64,000 nucleotides of DNA from an uncultured Armatimonadetes bacterium (GTDB lineage: Bacteria; Armatimonadota; Hebobacteria; Hebobacterales; Hebobacteraceae): contig OY970296.1 in NCBI GenBank assembly GCA_963716175.1, positions 3,648,001 to 3,712,000 of the forward strand, read 5' to 3'. Below, piece after piece: positions 21,596 to 30,958 of the stretch. A program made the position numbers and the translations under genes. Each line of letters begins with the position of its first letter. Position 1 is the first letter of the stretch. The notes under the pieces are model-generated. The model was not told where the DNA came from. It saw only the letters and a program-made list of their open reading frames with translations, and ran no database searches.

Positions 21596-22849
21596 CTACA
21601 GCACCAGCTGCTGGTGCAGGCAGTCCACCGCCTGTTTCCGGTCGCGCTCGGCAACGAGGTAAGACAGGCTGATCTCATCTCGGCTGGCGCCATAGGTCTT
21701 GATGCCGGCATCGGCGAGAACGCTCTCGGCCTGCGCCGCCCAGGCATCCACGCGCTGCCGCAGCGCCTCCCCTACCAGGGAGACGAGCGCGAAGTCGCCG
21801 CTGCTGACCTCGGCCTCGATCGCCCGCGACGCCATCACCTCTCGCACCACCCGCCCTGCGTCCCAGTACTTGAAAGGTCTGACCGCGAACCGCACCCCAG
21901 CCGCCGCGGTGGTGACCTGGTAGAAGGTGACACGCCTGCGCTCTATCCGTTCCGCGATCTGCAGCGGGATCCTGTCCGCGGCACTGTCAAGATCGAACAC
22001 CAGCAGGTGAGGCTGATCCACCACCGCCGTGACCCGATCATCTCTCCCTACCCCCGACTGCGCGCCGATCTGGGTGCTGGGGCGCTCGGTCCCACGGAAG
22101 TTCCTCACCACCAACGGGACCCGGTACTCGCGCGCCATCTCGGCTGCCTGCTGCTGGAGCACCTCGGCGCCCAGTCGGGACATGGCCACGCACTCGTCAT
22201 AGGACAGGTGTGCGATGGTGCGCGCGGCATCCGGCTCCGCCAGGCTGTGGGGATTGGCGGTCATGATGCCATCCACTTCCTTCCAGATCTGGAGCGGAAC
22301 CACCTCCAGCTCCTCCCCAAAGGGCAGCTTGGGCGTTTCGCCGATGACGCGGGTGAGAGCCACCGCGGTGTAGTCGCTGCCGCCAGCGCCCAGGGTAGTG
22401 ATCTGGTGTTCCGAAGTGATGCCCTGAAACCCGGCCACGAAGACCATGTAGCCGTCCTGGAGGGAGGCCAGCAATTGGTCGGGCACAATCTTGACGATCC
22501 GGGCGTGACCGTAGTGCTCGTCTGTGATCAGCCCCGCCTGCCCGCCGCTCAATGCGATCGTCTCGTAGCCTTTGGTCCTGAGCAGGTGGGCCATGGCGAC
22601 CGTGGAGATGATCTCGCCGCAGGACATCAGCAGATCCAGCTCCCGCGGCTCTATTGCCGGGTCAATCTGCCGGACGGTTTTCACCAGGTCCATAGTGGAG
22701 TAGGGCTGACCCTCTCGGCCCATGGCCGAGACCACCACCACCGGGTGGAGGCCGCGATCCCGCGCCTCCATGATGCGCTCGGCCGTGACCAACTGGTTGG
22801 CCTCGGACTCAACGCAGGTGCCGCCGAACTTCTGCACTACCACCTTCAT
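21596..22849 (-). CDS. Aspartate kinase (DapG-like)
   Basis: [36 protein letters not shown]; lies between asd and dapA. Confidence 0.88.
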   Translation of the reverse strand: MKVVVQKFGGTCVESEANQLVTAERIMEARDRGLHPVVVVSAMGREGQPYSTMDLVKTVRQIDPAIEPRELDLLMSCGEIISTVAMAHLLRTKGYETIALSGGQAGLITDEHYGHARIVKIVPDQLLASLQDGYMVFVAGFQGITSEHQITTLGAGGSDYTAVALTRVIGETPKLPFGEELEVVPLQIWKEVDGIMTANPHSLAEPDAARTIAHLSYDECVAMSRLGAEVLQQQAAEMAREYRVPLVVRNFRGTERPSTQIGAQSGVGRDDRVTAVVDQPHLLVFDLDSAADRIPLQIAERIERRRVTFYQVTTAAAGVRFAVRPFKYWDAGRVVREVMASRAIEAEVSSGDFALVSLVGEALRQRVDAWAAQAESVLADAGIKTYGASRDEISLSYLVAERDRKQAVDCLHQQLVL

Positions 22850-22862
22850 CGCGTCAACCGCC

Positions 22863-24015
22863 TCACTTGCGGGCGCGCGTCGGGTGCCCGCCCCTTGTCC
22901 GTCGCTCCACCAGCCCCATCGCGATCATCTGCTCCGCGATCTGCACCGCGTTCAGGGCCGCGCCCTTGCGCAGGTTGTCCGACACGATCCATAGATGCAG
23001 CCCATAGGGCACGGTCGGATCCTCTCGGATCCGCCCCACGAACACCTCGTCTTTCCCGGAGGCATAGAGCGGCATCGGGTACTGGGCCTTGGCGGGATCG
23101 TCCATCACTACCACGCCCGGCGCGCGGGAGAGGATCTCCCGCGCCTCCGCGGCCGAGATCGGGCGCTCGAACTCCAGATTGGCCGCCTCCGAGTGGGCAT
23201 TGAAGACCGGCACTCGTACCGTGGTAGCGGTGATCCGCAACTCCGGTTCGCCCAGGATCTTGCGGGTCTCGTTCACCAGCTTGGCCTCTTCCTTCGAGTA
23301 GCCATCATCACGGAAGCTGGAGATCTGAGGGATGACATTGCCCGCGATGGGATACGGGAACAGGCTGGGGTCGGTGACTGCCGAGTCGGCCTCCTCTGAG
23401 GCCGCCGTGACTAGGGAGTGCAGCCGCTCCTCCGGCAGCCCGTGCTGCGCCACGCGGGCCAGCCTCCGGTCCATGGCCTCCATCTCCAGACGGAGCTGCT
23501 CCACCGGATCGCCGCCCTGCTTGGAGGTGCCGCGGCCGGAAACCGCCTGGTAAGTCGCGACCACGGCCCGCTTGAGGCGGGCCGCGTCGTGCAAGGGCTT
23601 CAGCGCCACCACGAACTGGATGGTGGAGCAGTTGGGATTAGCGATCAAATTGTGGTGCTGTCGCAGCGCCTCCGGATTCACCTCCGGCACTACCAGGGGC
23701 ACCCCGGGGTCGAGCCGGAAGGCGTCGCCGTTGTCAATCACCACCGTCCCGCGCCGCGCGGCAACCGGCCCGAAATGCCCCTCCCGCTCGTCGCCCCCCG
23801 CGAAAAAGGCCAGGTCCAGATCGCCGAAGGCCTCCTCGCCGATCACCTCGACATGGTAGGTGCGGCCGTCCACCCCGATGTCGCGCTCGCGGGTAGCGAA
23901 CACGCGCACGCTCTCCGCCGGGAAGCTGCGCTGATCGAGCAGGCGCAGCATCTCCCCGACCCACGGCGCGGGCCCCGACCACTGCCACCCGGTAGCCCCC
24001 AGACGTGCCAGACAT
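22863..24015 (-). CDS. asd: Aspartate-semialdehyde dehydrogenase (frameshift near 23956)
   Basis: N-terminus GYRVAVVGA..VGR is in a different frame from VPEVN, NPNCST, YQAVSG, DNLRKGAALNAVQIAE. Confidence 0.95.
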
Positions 24016-24046
24016 CCCACACTGCTCCCAAATCAAGGTTGCGGCG

Positions 24047-24076
24047 ATGATAGCATCCGCTCTTCGCCGCTGTCAA
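24047..24076 (-). promoter_or_regulatory. sigma70-type promoter of the asd operon
   Basis: TTGACA-18-TATCAT with extended TG. Confidence 0.7.
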
Positions 24077-24191
24077 GCAAACGCGAAGGGGGATACCACA
24101 AGCTTGCTTGACAAGCAACCAAGAGGGGACTGCGCGCGTCTGGGCCCTGGCCCGGGTGCGGCCAGCCAGCAGGCAGGCTATGAAATGCGCT

Positions 24192-24295
24192 CTAGTGATG
24201 TTCGCACAACGAAGTGATGTGCGAACATCGCCCTGTGCTTGTCTGGGCCACTTCTTGAGCTTCGCCGCGTTACTTCATTCGGCGAAGCTCTCTAG
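24192..24295. repeat. 104-bp double-hairpin element, copy 2
   Basis: CTAG...CTAG ends; the right CTAG contains the topA stop codon. Confidence 0.9.
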
Positions 24296-26430
24296 TCAGG
24301 CGGGGACGCGGCGACCTTCGGCAGACGCTTGATGCCCTTACACTCGGGGTAGCCGGTGCAGCCCAGAAAGGCGCCGAAGCGGCCCCGCCGCATCGCCATC
24401 GGCCGGCCGCAGAGATCGCACTTCTCATTGGCGGCGGCCGCCTCGTCCTCCGGGAGCGGGCGGGTATTCCTGCATTTTGGATAGGCGGAGCAAGCCAGGA
24501 AACGCCCTCGCCGGCCGGTGCGGATCACCATGGGGCTGCCACACTTGTCGCAGACCTGATCGGTCGGTTCGGGCGGGGCCTTCGCCGGCCGGCCCTGCTC
24601 GGGCGATCCGGGGGCGGGGCGCGTGTGCTTGCACTCGGGATAGCCAGAGCACGCGAGGAAGGGGCCTCGGCGGCCTACGCGCAGCAGCATGGGCTTGCCG
24701 CAGACCTCGCAGACCTCATCGGTCTGCTGAGGCTGGACGGAGATCCGCTGCATGTTCTGCTCGGCCTGGGCGAGGGATTCCGAGAACGGCGAGTAGAACT
24801 CGCGCACCGTCGTCACCCAGTCCGCCTCTCCCTCCTCCACCCGGTCGAGCTTGGTCTCCATGCCGGCGGTGAACTCTACATCCATGATGCCCGGGAAGTG
24901 GGCCACCAGTTGGTCGGTGACCGCGAACCCGAGATCGGTGGGATGGAACTTCTTCTCCTCGAGGTAGACGTATCCACGCTCCTGGATGGTGCCGATGATC
25001 GGGGCGTAGGTGCTGGGCCGCCCAATGCCTTTCTCCTCCAGGGCTCGCACCAGGCTGGCCTCGCTGTAGCGGGGAGGGGGCTCGGTGAACTTCTGCTGGC
25101 TCTCCAGGGCGAGCAGGTCCAGCCAATCTCCCTCCTTCACCTCCGGCACCGCCACCTCCGTGTCCCGCGTGGGGTAGACCACGGTGAAGCCGGGGAAGAT
25201 GACGCGCACACCCCGGGCCCGCAGCACGTAGGGGCCGGCGGCGATGTCAATCACGGTGATCGCCAGGCGCTGCTCGCGCATCTGGCTGGCGATGAAGCGG
25301 GACCAGATCAGCCGATAGAGCTTCACCTGGGCCTCGTCCTTGAGCAGAGCCGCCACCGCCTCGGGAGTGCGGGCGGGGACGGTGGGGCGGATCGCCTCAT
25401 GCGCCTCCTGTGCGCCTCGCCGAGAAGCGTACTGCCGCGGGGCCTGGGGGAGGTAGCCGTCGCCGAAGGTGCTGGCGATCACCTCGCGCGCGGCCGCCTG
25501 CGCCTCGGCGGCGACGCGGGTGGAGTCAGTGCGCATGTAGGTGATCAGGCCCAGATGCTCGCCCTCCAGCTCCACACCCTCGTAGAGTGCCTGGGCGACG
25601 CGCATGGTCTGGCGGGCGGAGAACCCCAGCCGGTTGGCGGCATCCTGCTGCAGGGTGCTGGTGGTGAATGGGGCCTGCGGTCGGCGGAGCTGCTCGGTCT
25701 TCTTCACCCGCGCCACCTGCGAGTGTGAATCCCAGATCTCCTGCGCCGCCTGGCGCGCCTGCTCGACGTTCTCGATCTTGAGCTTGCGGCCCTCCTTGGT
25801 GACCAGCTTCGCCGAGAAGCCGTCCGCTGCTGAGCCCGGAGTAGCATAGGCGGTGATGTCCCAGTACTCTTCAGCCACGAAGGCCTGAATCTCGCGCTCC
25901 CGGTCGCAGATCAGGCGGACGGCTACCGACTGCACCCGCCCGGCGCTCAGCCCGCGCTTGTGCATCTTGCGTTGGAGCAAGGGGCTCAGAGTATAGCCGA
26001 CTAGGCGATCGAGCACCCGGCGCGCCTGCTGCGCGTCCACCCGGCGCATGTCAATAGCCCGCGAGTGGCCCAACGCCTCTGTCACCGCCCGCCGGGTGAT
26101 CTCGTTGAACTCGATCCGGTGCGGCCTCGGGATCTTCAGCGCCTCTGCCAGGTGCCAGGCGATCGCTTCTCCTTCTCGATCAGGGTCAGTAGCGAGGTAG
26201 ACCTCCTTCGCCTTGGCGACGGCTTCCCGCAGCCGCTTCAGCACTGAGGCTCGCTCTTTTATGGCCAGGTACTTGGGCGTGAAGTCATGCTCCACATCCA
26301 CGCCCAGGGCGCTCTTGGGCAGGTCGCGGACGTGGCCCATCGAAGCCGCCAGTTCGAACTCTTTATCGAGGAACTGCCCGATGGTGCGCGTCTTCGTCGG
26401 AGATTCCACTATGATCAGGGACTTAGCCAT
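24292..26430 (-). CDS. topA: DNA topoisomerase I
   Basis: IVESPTK, ATDPDREGEAI, SAGRVQS, ITYMRTDS, GIGRPSTYA; three C4 zinc ribbons. Confidence 0.98.
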   Translation of the reverse strand: MAKSLIIVESPTKTRTIGQFLDKEFELAASMGHVRDLPKSALGVDVEHDFTPKYLAIKERASVLKRLREAVAKAKEVYLATDPDREGEAIAWHLAEALKIPRPHRIEFNEITRRAVTEALGHSRAIDMRRVDAQQARRVLDRLVGYTLSPLLQRKMHKRGLSAGRVQSVAVRLICDREREIQAFVAEEYWDITAYATPGSAADGFSAKLVTKEGRKLKIENVEQARQAAQEIWDSHSQVARVKKTEQLRRPQAPFTTSTLQQDAANRLGFSARQTMRVAQALYEGVELEGEHLGLITYMRTDSTRVAAEAQAAAREVIASTFGDGYLPQAPRQYASRRGAQEAHEAIRPTVPARTPEAVAALLKDEAQVKLYRLIWSRFIASQMREQRLAITVIDIAAGPYVLRARGVRVIFPGFTVVYPTRDTEVAVPEVKEGDWLDLLALESQQKFTEPPPRYSEASLVRALEEKGIGRPSTYAPIIGTIQERGYVYLEEKKFHPTDLGFAVTDQLVAHFPGIMDVEFTAGMETKLDRVEEGEADWVTTVREFYSPFSESLAQAEQNMQRISVQPQQTDEVCEVCGKPMLLRVGRRGPFLACSGYPECKHTRPAPGSPEQGRPAKAPPEPTDQVCDKCGSPMVIRTGRRGRFLACSAYPKCRNTRPLPEDEAAAANEKCDLCGRPMAMRRGRFGAFLGCTGYPECKGIKRLPKVAASPPD

Positions 26431-26529
26431 GAATAGCTTCCGGTGGCCTAGGTGTTGACACTAATACCACAAACCGGGGGGGAGTGATGAATGCTTCTCT
26501 GCCGGGCCCTGCGGCTGCTCTGACAACGA

Positions 26530-27624
26530 TCACCGCACCCGCATGAACATGTTCCCAGGAAGACGCCGCACTAACCCCTTCAACTCCAGCATCAAGAGGC
26601 CGGCGCTGGCCCGGGAGGAGGGCAGCCGGCACTGGTCCAGGATCGCATCCACGTGCTTCTGCTGCAAGGTCAGGGCATCGAGGAGGGAGCGTTCGTCCCC
26701 GGTGAGCCCGAGGTCCGCTTCCTCCACCTGGGCCGCCGGCTCCTCCGCCGCAGCCACTGCGGGCAGGTCCAGCTCGTCCAATATGTCCTCGACGGACTCC
26801 ACCAGGCGGGCCCCATCCCGCAGCAGAGCATGCGTGCCCCGGCTCAGCTCGCTGTTCACGCTCCCCGGCACCGCGAACACCTGCCGGCCCTGGTTGGCGG
26901 CCAGCCCGGCCGTGATCAGGGCTCCGCTTTTCTCCGGGGCCTCCGTGACGACTACCCCCAGGGCCAGCCCGCTGATCAACCGGTTGCGTGCAGCGAAGCG
27001 CTGCGCCCGCGCGGGCGTGCCCAACGGCAGCTCCGAGACCACCGCGCCGCTGCGCACTGCCTGCTCCCGCAGCTCCATGGTGTCGCGGGGATAGGGAACA
27101 TCAATGCCGCAGGCCAGCACGCCAATGGTACGGCCGCCCGCGGATAGCGCCCCCCGGTGCGCGGCGGCGTCTGCCCCCACTGCCATCCCGCTCACTACGG
27201 TGATGCCCCGCGCTGCCAGGTCGCGCCCCAGGGTCTCGGAAACCAGCCGCCCGTAAGGCGTGGCTCGCCGTGTCCCCACGATCGCCACACACCTCTCATC
27301 CTCGGCGCGCAGGCCGCCGCGCACGAATAGCACGGGCGGCGGGTCGTAGATCTGGCGCAGGTTAGCCGGATACTCCCGGTCGCGAATGGTGACCAGCCGC
27401 GCGCCCAGGTCCGCCATCTGCTTCACCACGGGCTGGTAGTCGCGATCGCGCACCTCCACCAGCCGCGCCACCTCGGAAGGGGTGAGCCGGACGGCCGCCG
27501 AGAGTGCAGCAGGAGAGGCGGACGTCACCGCCTCCGGCGAGTCGAAGTGGTGGAGCAGATCGAGCGTGGTCCGCGGAGGAAGCTCCGCCGCGTTCAGCGC
27601 CAGCCAGGCGCGTTCCTCAGTCAC
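26530..27624 (-). CDS. dprA: DNA-processing protein DprA
   Basis: DPPPVLF, AIVGTR, VSGMA.G.D, RNRLISGL, KSGALITA, C-terminal wHTH; GTG start after SD. Confidence 0.96.
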   Translation of the reverse strand: MTEERAWLALNAAELPPRTTLDLLHHFDSPEAVTSASPAALSAAVRLTPSEVARLVEVRDRDYQPVVKQMADLGARLVTIRDREYPANLRQIYDPPPVLFVRGGLRAEDERCVAIVGTRRATPYGRLVSETLGRDLAARGITVVSGMAVGADAAAHRGALSAGGRTIGVLACGIDVPYPRDTMELREQAVRSGAVVSELPLGTPARAQRFAARNRLISGLALGVVVTEAPEKSGALITAGLAANQGRQVFAVPGSVNSELSRGTHALLRDGARLVESVEDILDELDLPAVAAAEEPAAQVEEADLGLTGDERSLLDALTLQQKHVDAILDQCRLPSSRASAGLLMLELKGLVRRLPGNMFMRVR

Positions 27625-27680
27625 CCTTCCCTCCGCGTCACCACGGCCATACCCAAGGCCACACGCGTTGCGCCAGGCCA

Positions 27681-29348
27681 TCAGCCCATGCGGCCGCCGC
27701 GGCCTCCTCCGCCCCGGCCTCCGCCGCCGCGCCCACCACCACCGCGGCCTCCTCCACCACGGCCGCCGCCGCCTCGGCCTGCTCCGCCCGCACCTCCGCC
27801 GCCTCGGCCAGCCGCAGCTGCACCCTGAGTGCCACCGCGGCCGCGGGCAGTGCCGGCGGCCGGCCGCTCGGCTGCGGGCGGCTTGATGGTGATGTCACTG
27901 AGGAAACTCCACTCGGTGGAACCCGAGTTGCCCCGATAGTCCTTCGCCGACACCTTGAGGATGTGTGAGCCGTCCTTCGGGGACGGGATGCTGAAGCTGC
28001 CCTCGCCGGTAGCGACATCGTAATATACCTTCATCGCCTGCCCGTCATAGGTGGCCTGAACCGAGTCTGGCTCCACCCCGCTCCCCTCGTCGGCTGAGGC
28101 GAAGCTGACCACCACCGCCTTCTTCCCGGGCAGAGCGCTGCCCGGTTCGGGCTTCAGCTCCCCGAACACGGGCCCGGCGCTATCGGGCGCGCCGGCCGAG
28201 AAGCAATACAGGTTGCCGTCGCCAGTGAGGCAGTAGAGCGACCCGCCCGCGCTCACTATGGGCGCGTAGATGCCATAGGTGGTGGCCCCACTGAGGCCTT
28301 GGTCCGGTGACAGGCAGCGGTAGGTCCAGATCACCCGGCCGGTGCTGTCGTCCAAGGCGTAGACCAAGGCCTGGCCGGTGCCGGCATAGAGCAGCTGGCC
28401 GGTCAGCAGCGGGGGCGCGGTGGCGGCCCCGATGACCCTCAGCACGGCGCTCGGGTCCGCGCTGCCCGAGCGTGCGTAGAGGCTGTAGATCTCGCCTTCT
28501 GTGGGAGGCAGATGGTCCATGGCCTGGTACCGCGGCCGCTCGGGATTCCCCTGCCCGCTCACACAGGGCACGTAAAGCGTGTCGGCCACTACTGTGGGCC
28601 GGCCGCCGATGCCGACCGGCATCTCCCGACTCCAAACCACGGCCCCACTGCGGCTAACCGCGACCAGGGTCTTGCCACCGGCCACGATCACTCGCCTGTC
28701 CGCTACCACAGGTGGGAAGGCATTGGGTCCGGTGTGAAGGATAGCGGTCCAGCGATAGCGGCCCTCGGCCGCATCTACACTCTGCAGGGTGCCGTCCTGG
28801 CAGAGGAAGTAGAGCATGGAGCCATCTGTCACCGGTCCGTCCGCCACCGGCGAACGCAGGGAGCAGATCCATTTTACCGCGCCGCCATCCGGAACCATGG
28901 CGTATACCATGTCCTGCGCCGCGAACATCAGCAGCTTGTCGAGGATGATCGGATCGCCGCCAACGGGACCGGCGCAGGCCTGCTCCCAGACTTGCTTGCC
29001 ATCGCTGATGCTCAGCCCATAGATAGAGGAGTCGTCGGCGCCGACGATTACGGTTTTCTCCCACACCGCGGGAGCGGTGGTGACGCGCACCCCCTTGGGG
29101 GCGAATTTCCATTGCTCCGCGCCGGTGACCGCGTCCAGGCAGCGCAGCTCCCCATCATAGGTGATGTAGACCTGGCCCGATTCAACCACGGGCGCTGTGG
29201 TGCCGCGTCCGCCCGGGCCCATCGAGTAGATCCACTGCACCGTAAGGGGAGGCTTCACCTCCGGAGGAGCCACACCTCCGGTCGCGCTGTAGCCGAGCAG
29301 CCAGCAGAGCGCGATCAGTGTCACCCAATAAAGCGATCTCGCTCCCAT
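27681..29348 (-). CDS. Secreted PQQ-like beta-propeller protein with Ig-like domain and RGG tail
   Basis: SD AGGAGG, signal peptide, LDA.TG...W repeats, DGSHILKVSAKDYRGN, then a GGGGR-repeat tail. Confidence 0.85.
   Translation of the reverse strand: MGARSLYWVTLIALCWLLGYSATGGVAPPEVKPPLTVQWIYSMGPGGRGTTAPVVESGQVYITYDGELRCLDAVTGAEQWKFAPKGVRVTTAPAVWEKTVIVGADDSSIYGLSISDGKQVWEQACAGPVGGDPIILDKLLMFAAQDMVYAMVPDGGAVKWICSLRSPVADGPVTDGSMLYFLCQDGTLQSVDAAEGRYRWTAILHTGPNAFPPVVADRRVIVAGGKTLVAVSRSGAVVWSREMPVGIGGRPTVVADTLYVPCVSGQGNPERPRYQAMDHLPPTEGEIYSLYARSGSADPSAVLRVIGAATAPPLLTGQLLYAGTGQALVYALDDSTGRVIWTYRCLSPDQGLSGATTYGIYAPIVSAGGSLYCLTGDGNLYCFSAGAPDSAGPVFGELKPEPGSALPGKKAVVVSFASADEGSGVEPDSVQATYDGQAMKVYYDVATGEGSFSIPSPKDGSHILKVSAKDYRGNSGSTEWSFLSDITIKPPAAERPAAGTARGRGGTQGAAAAGRGGGGAGGAGRGGGGRGGGGRGGGGRGGGGRGGGGRGGRMG
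27690..27810 (-). repeat. Degenerate 15-bp tandem repeat encoding (RGGGG)n
   Basis: Read directly from sequence and translation. Confidence 0.85.
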
Positions 29349-29367
29349 CCGCTCCTCCTGTAGCGAG

Positions 29368-29376
29368 ATTATAGCA
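29368..29376 (-). promoter_or_regulatory. Extended -10 (TGcTATAAT)
   Basis: Perfect motif just upstream of the SD of the PQQ-repeat gene. Confidence 0.6.
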
Positions 29377-29514
29377 TAGCCCGGAGCAGGGCGGTAGCCC
29401 GCCTGCCCAGGCTCTCCCGTGCCCTCAGAGCCGCCAGACCCATGGGCGCTCGCGATCACCTGGCCCGCAGCGCGGGCGCTCGCCGGCTCCACGCCTTCGC
29501 CCGCCGCCGAGGCC

Positions 29515-30858
29515 TCAACCTCGCATGAACAGCACGGCCCCAACGGCCAGGCCCACCGCCGCCGCAGGCCACACGTATACCAAAGTGCGACGCAGGACTT
29601 GCTGCACGTCAACTCCCACGTAGTTGGCAATCCACACGTTATGCGTGTTCGTGGGGTCGCACACGCCCTGGATCTGTCCCACCGAGAAGAGGGCGGCCAT
29701 GATCGCGGCCGGGCCCATACCAGGAGCAGCCGCCATCATGCTGGCCAGCCCGAAGCCCATGCCCCAGACGTTGAGCGGCCCCCGGTAGAGCGCCAGCGGC
29801 GCCAGCACGGCAAAGACTACTACATAGCCGACGCGCGACCCTGGCAGGATGGCGGCCAACAGCGGCCTTACTTGTTCCAGCACCGCGGGATGTGTCACCG
29901 CCTTGATCAGCATGCCGATGCCCAGCATCAGCGCGACGGCCGGCGCCACCGCGCCAATGCCGTCAATGGTGCTTCTCGCCAGCAGTTGCACTCGCCCCTG
30001 CGCGGGCCGAGGGCAGGCGATCAGCCCATAGGCAATACCTATCACCATGGCTGTGACGATCGGGAACTCGAAGGGAGGCTGGGAACTCGCCCCGGCCGTG
30101 CCTGCCGGCCGGTAGCCCAGGCTCCCGGCCTGGGACAAGTTGTAGAGGCCGAAACCCAGCACCGGCAGGAGCGGAACGATCGGGGTGAGCAGGGCATACC
30201 AGGGTGCGAAGGCGGTGCTGGCGGCCGGCGCTGGGTTGGCCCAGTAGCGGCGCAGTCTGCTCGGCCGGAGCTGAGTGACGGCGAACACGATGGTGGCGGC
30301 GGCCATCACTGCGGCCAGCGGAAGCGCATAGGACAGTATCGTCCCGGTGCTGAGATGAAGCGTTTCCTTGTAGAGCTGCCAGTTGGTGAGGTTGAAGATT
30401 CCGCCCAGACTCATGCCGAACAGGAACAGGCTGCCAACCGTGATCCCCGGCACGCCCAGGGCCAGCAAGATCGGAAACACGATGGTGGCGACCATGATCA
30501 CCGCGCCCAGCCCGCCCAGTGTGGTGAACAGCAGCGCCACCACGGCCGTCAGGGTCAGGGACAAGGCGAGTGGCCGGTCGCCGCCCAACTCCGCCGCCTT
30601 TTTCACCATGGTCTCGGCCACGCCGGTCCTGGCCACGATCTCGGCCAGGACGGCACCCAAGATGGCGGTGGCATAGGCCTTGTGCAGGTAGAAGGCCCCG
30701 TCACTGATGATGTTCGCCAGGTCCGCCCACGGGACGCGGGCGGTGAGCGCGATCGCGATCGCCATCACGGGCAGGGCCACAATCGCGGGCAGGCGATTGA
30801 GGTACATCAGCACCGCCATGATGGCGAAGATCGCCAGCAGCGCCAGCGCCATGCCCAC
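29515..30858 (-). CDS. Multi-pass permease (IT superfamily, GntP/citrate transporter-like)
   Basis: About 12 hydrophobic segments; TGVAETMVKKAAELGGD and QGVCDPTNTHNVW motifs. Confidence 0.7.
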   Translation of the reverse strand: MGMALALLAIFAIMAVLMYLNRLPAIVALPVMAIAIALTARVPWADLANIISDGAFYLHKAYATAILGAVLAEIVARTGVAETMVKKAAELGGDRPLALSLTLTAVVALLFTTLGGLGAVIMVATIVFPILLALGVPGITVGSLFLFGMSLGGIFNLTNWQLYKETLHLSTGTILSYALPLAAVMAAATIVFAVTQLRPSRLRRYWANPAPAASTAFAPWYALLTPIVPLLPVLGFGLYNLSQAGSLGYRPAGTAGASSQPPFEFPIVTAMVIGIAYGLIACPRPAQGRVQLLARSTIDGIGAVAPAVALMLGIGMLIKAVTHPAVLEQVRPLLAAILPGSRVGYVVVFAVLAPLALYRGPLNVWGMGFGLASMMAAAPGMGPAAIMAALFSVGQIQGVCDPTNTHNVWIANYVGVDVQQVLRRTLVYVWPAAAVGLAVGAVLFMRG

Positions 30859-30909
30859 GCCGCGTCGCTCCTCCCCTACCCCCTCAGAATGTGTGACAGA
30901 ACCCCGTAT

Positions 30910-30958
30910 CGGGCTGTATCAGAGTCAATGTAGGCTCGCGAGATTCTGATACAGCCCG
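30910..30958. repeat. Perfect 14-bp inverted repeat (terminator or micro-MITE)
   Basis: CGGGCTGTATCAGA-N21-TCTGATACAGCCCG directly after the apgM stop. Confidence 0.7.

Noticed and set aside
24016-24295. Lysine riboswitch upstream of asd
   Set aside because: No L-box consensus, and the promoter lies only about 30 nt from the start codon.
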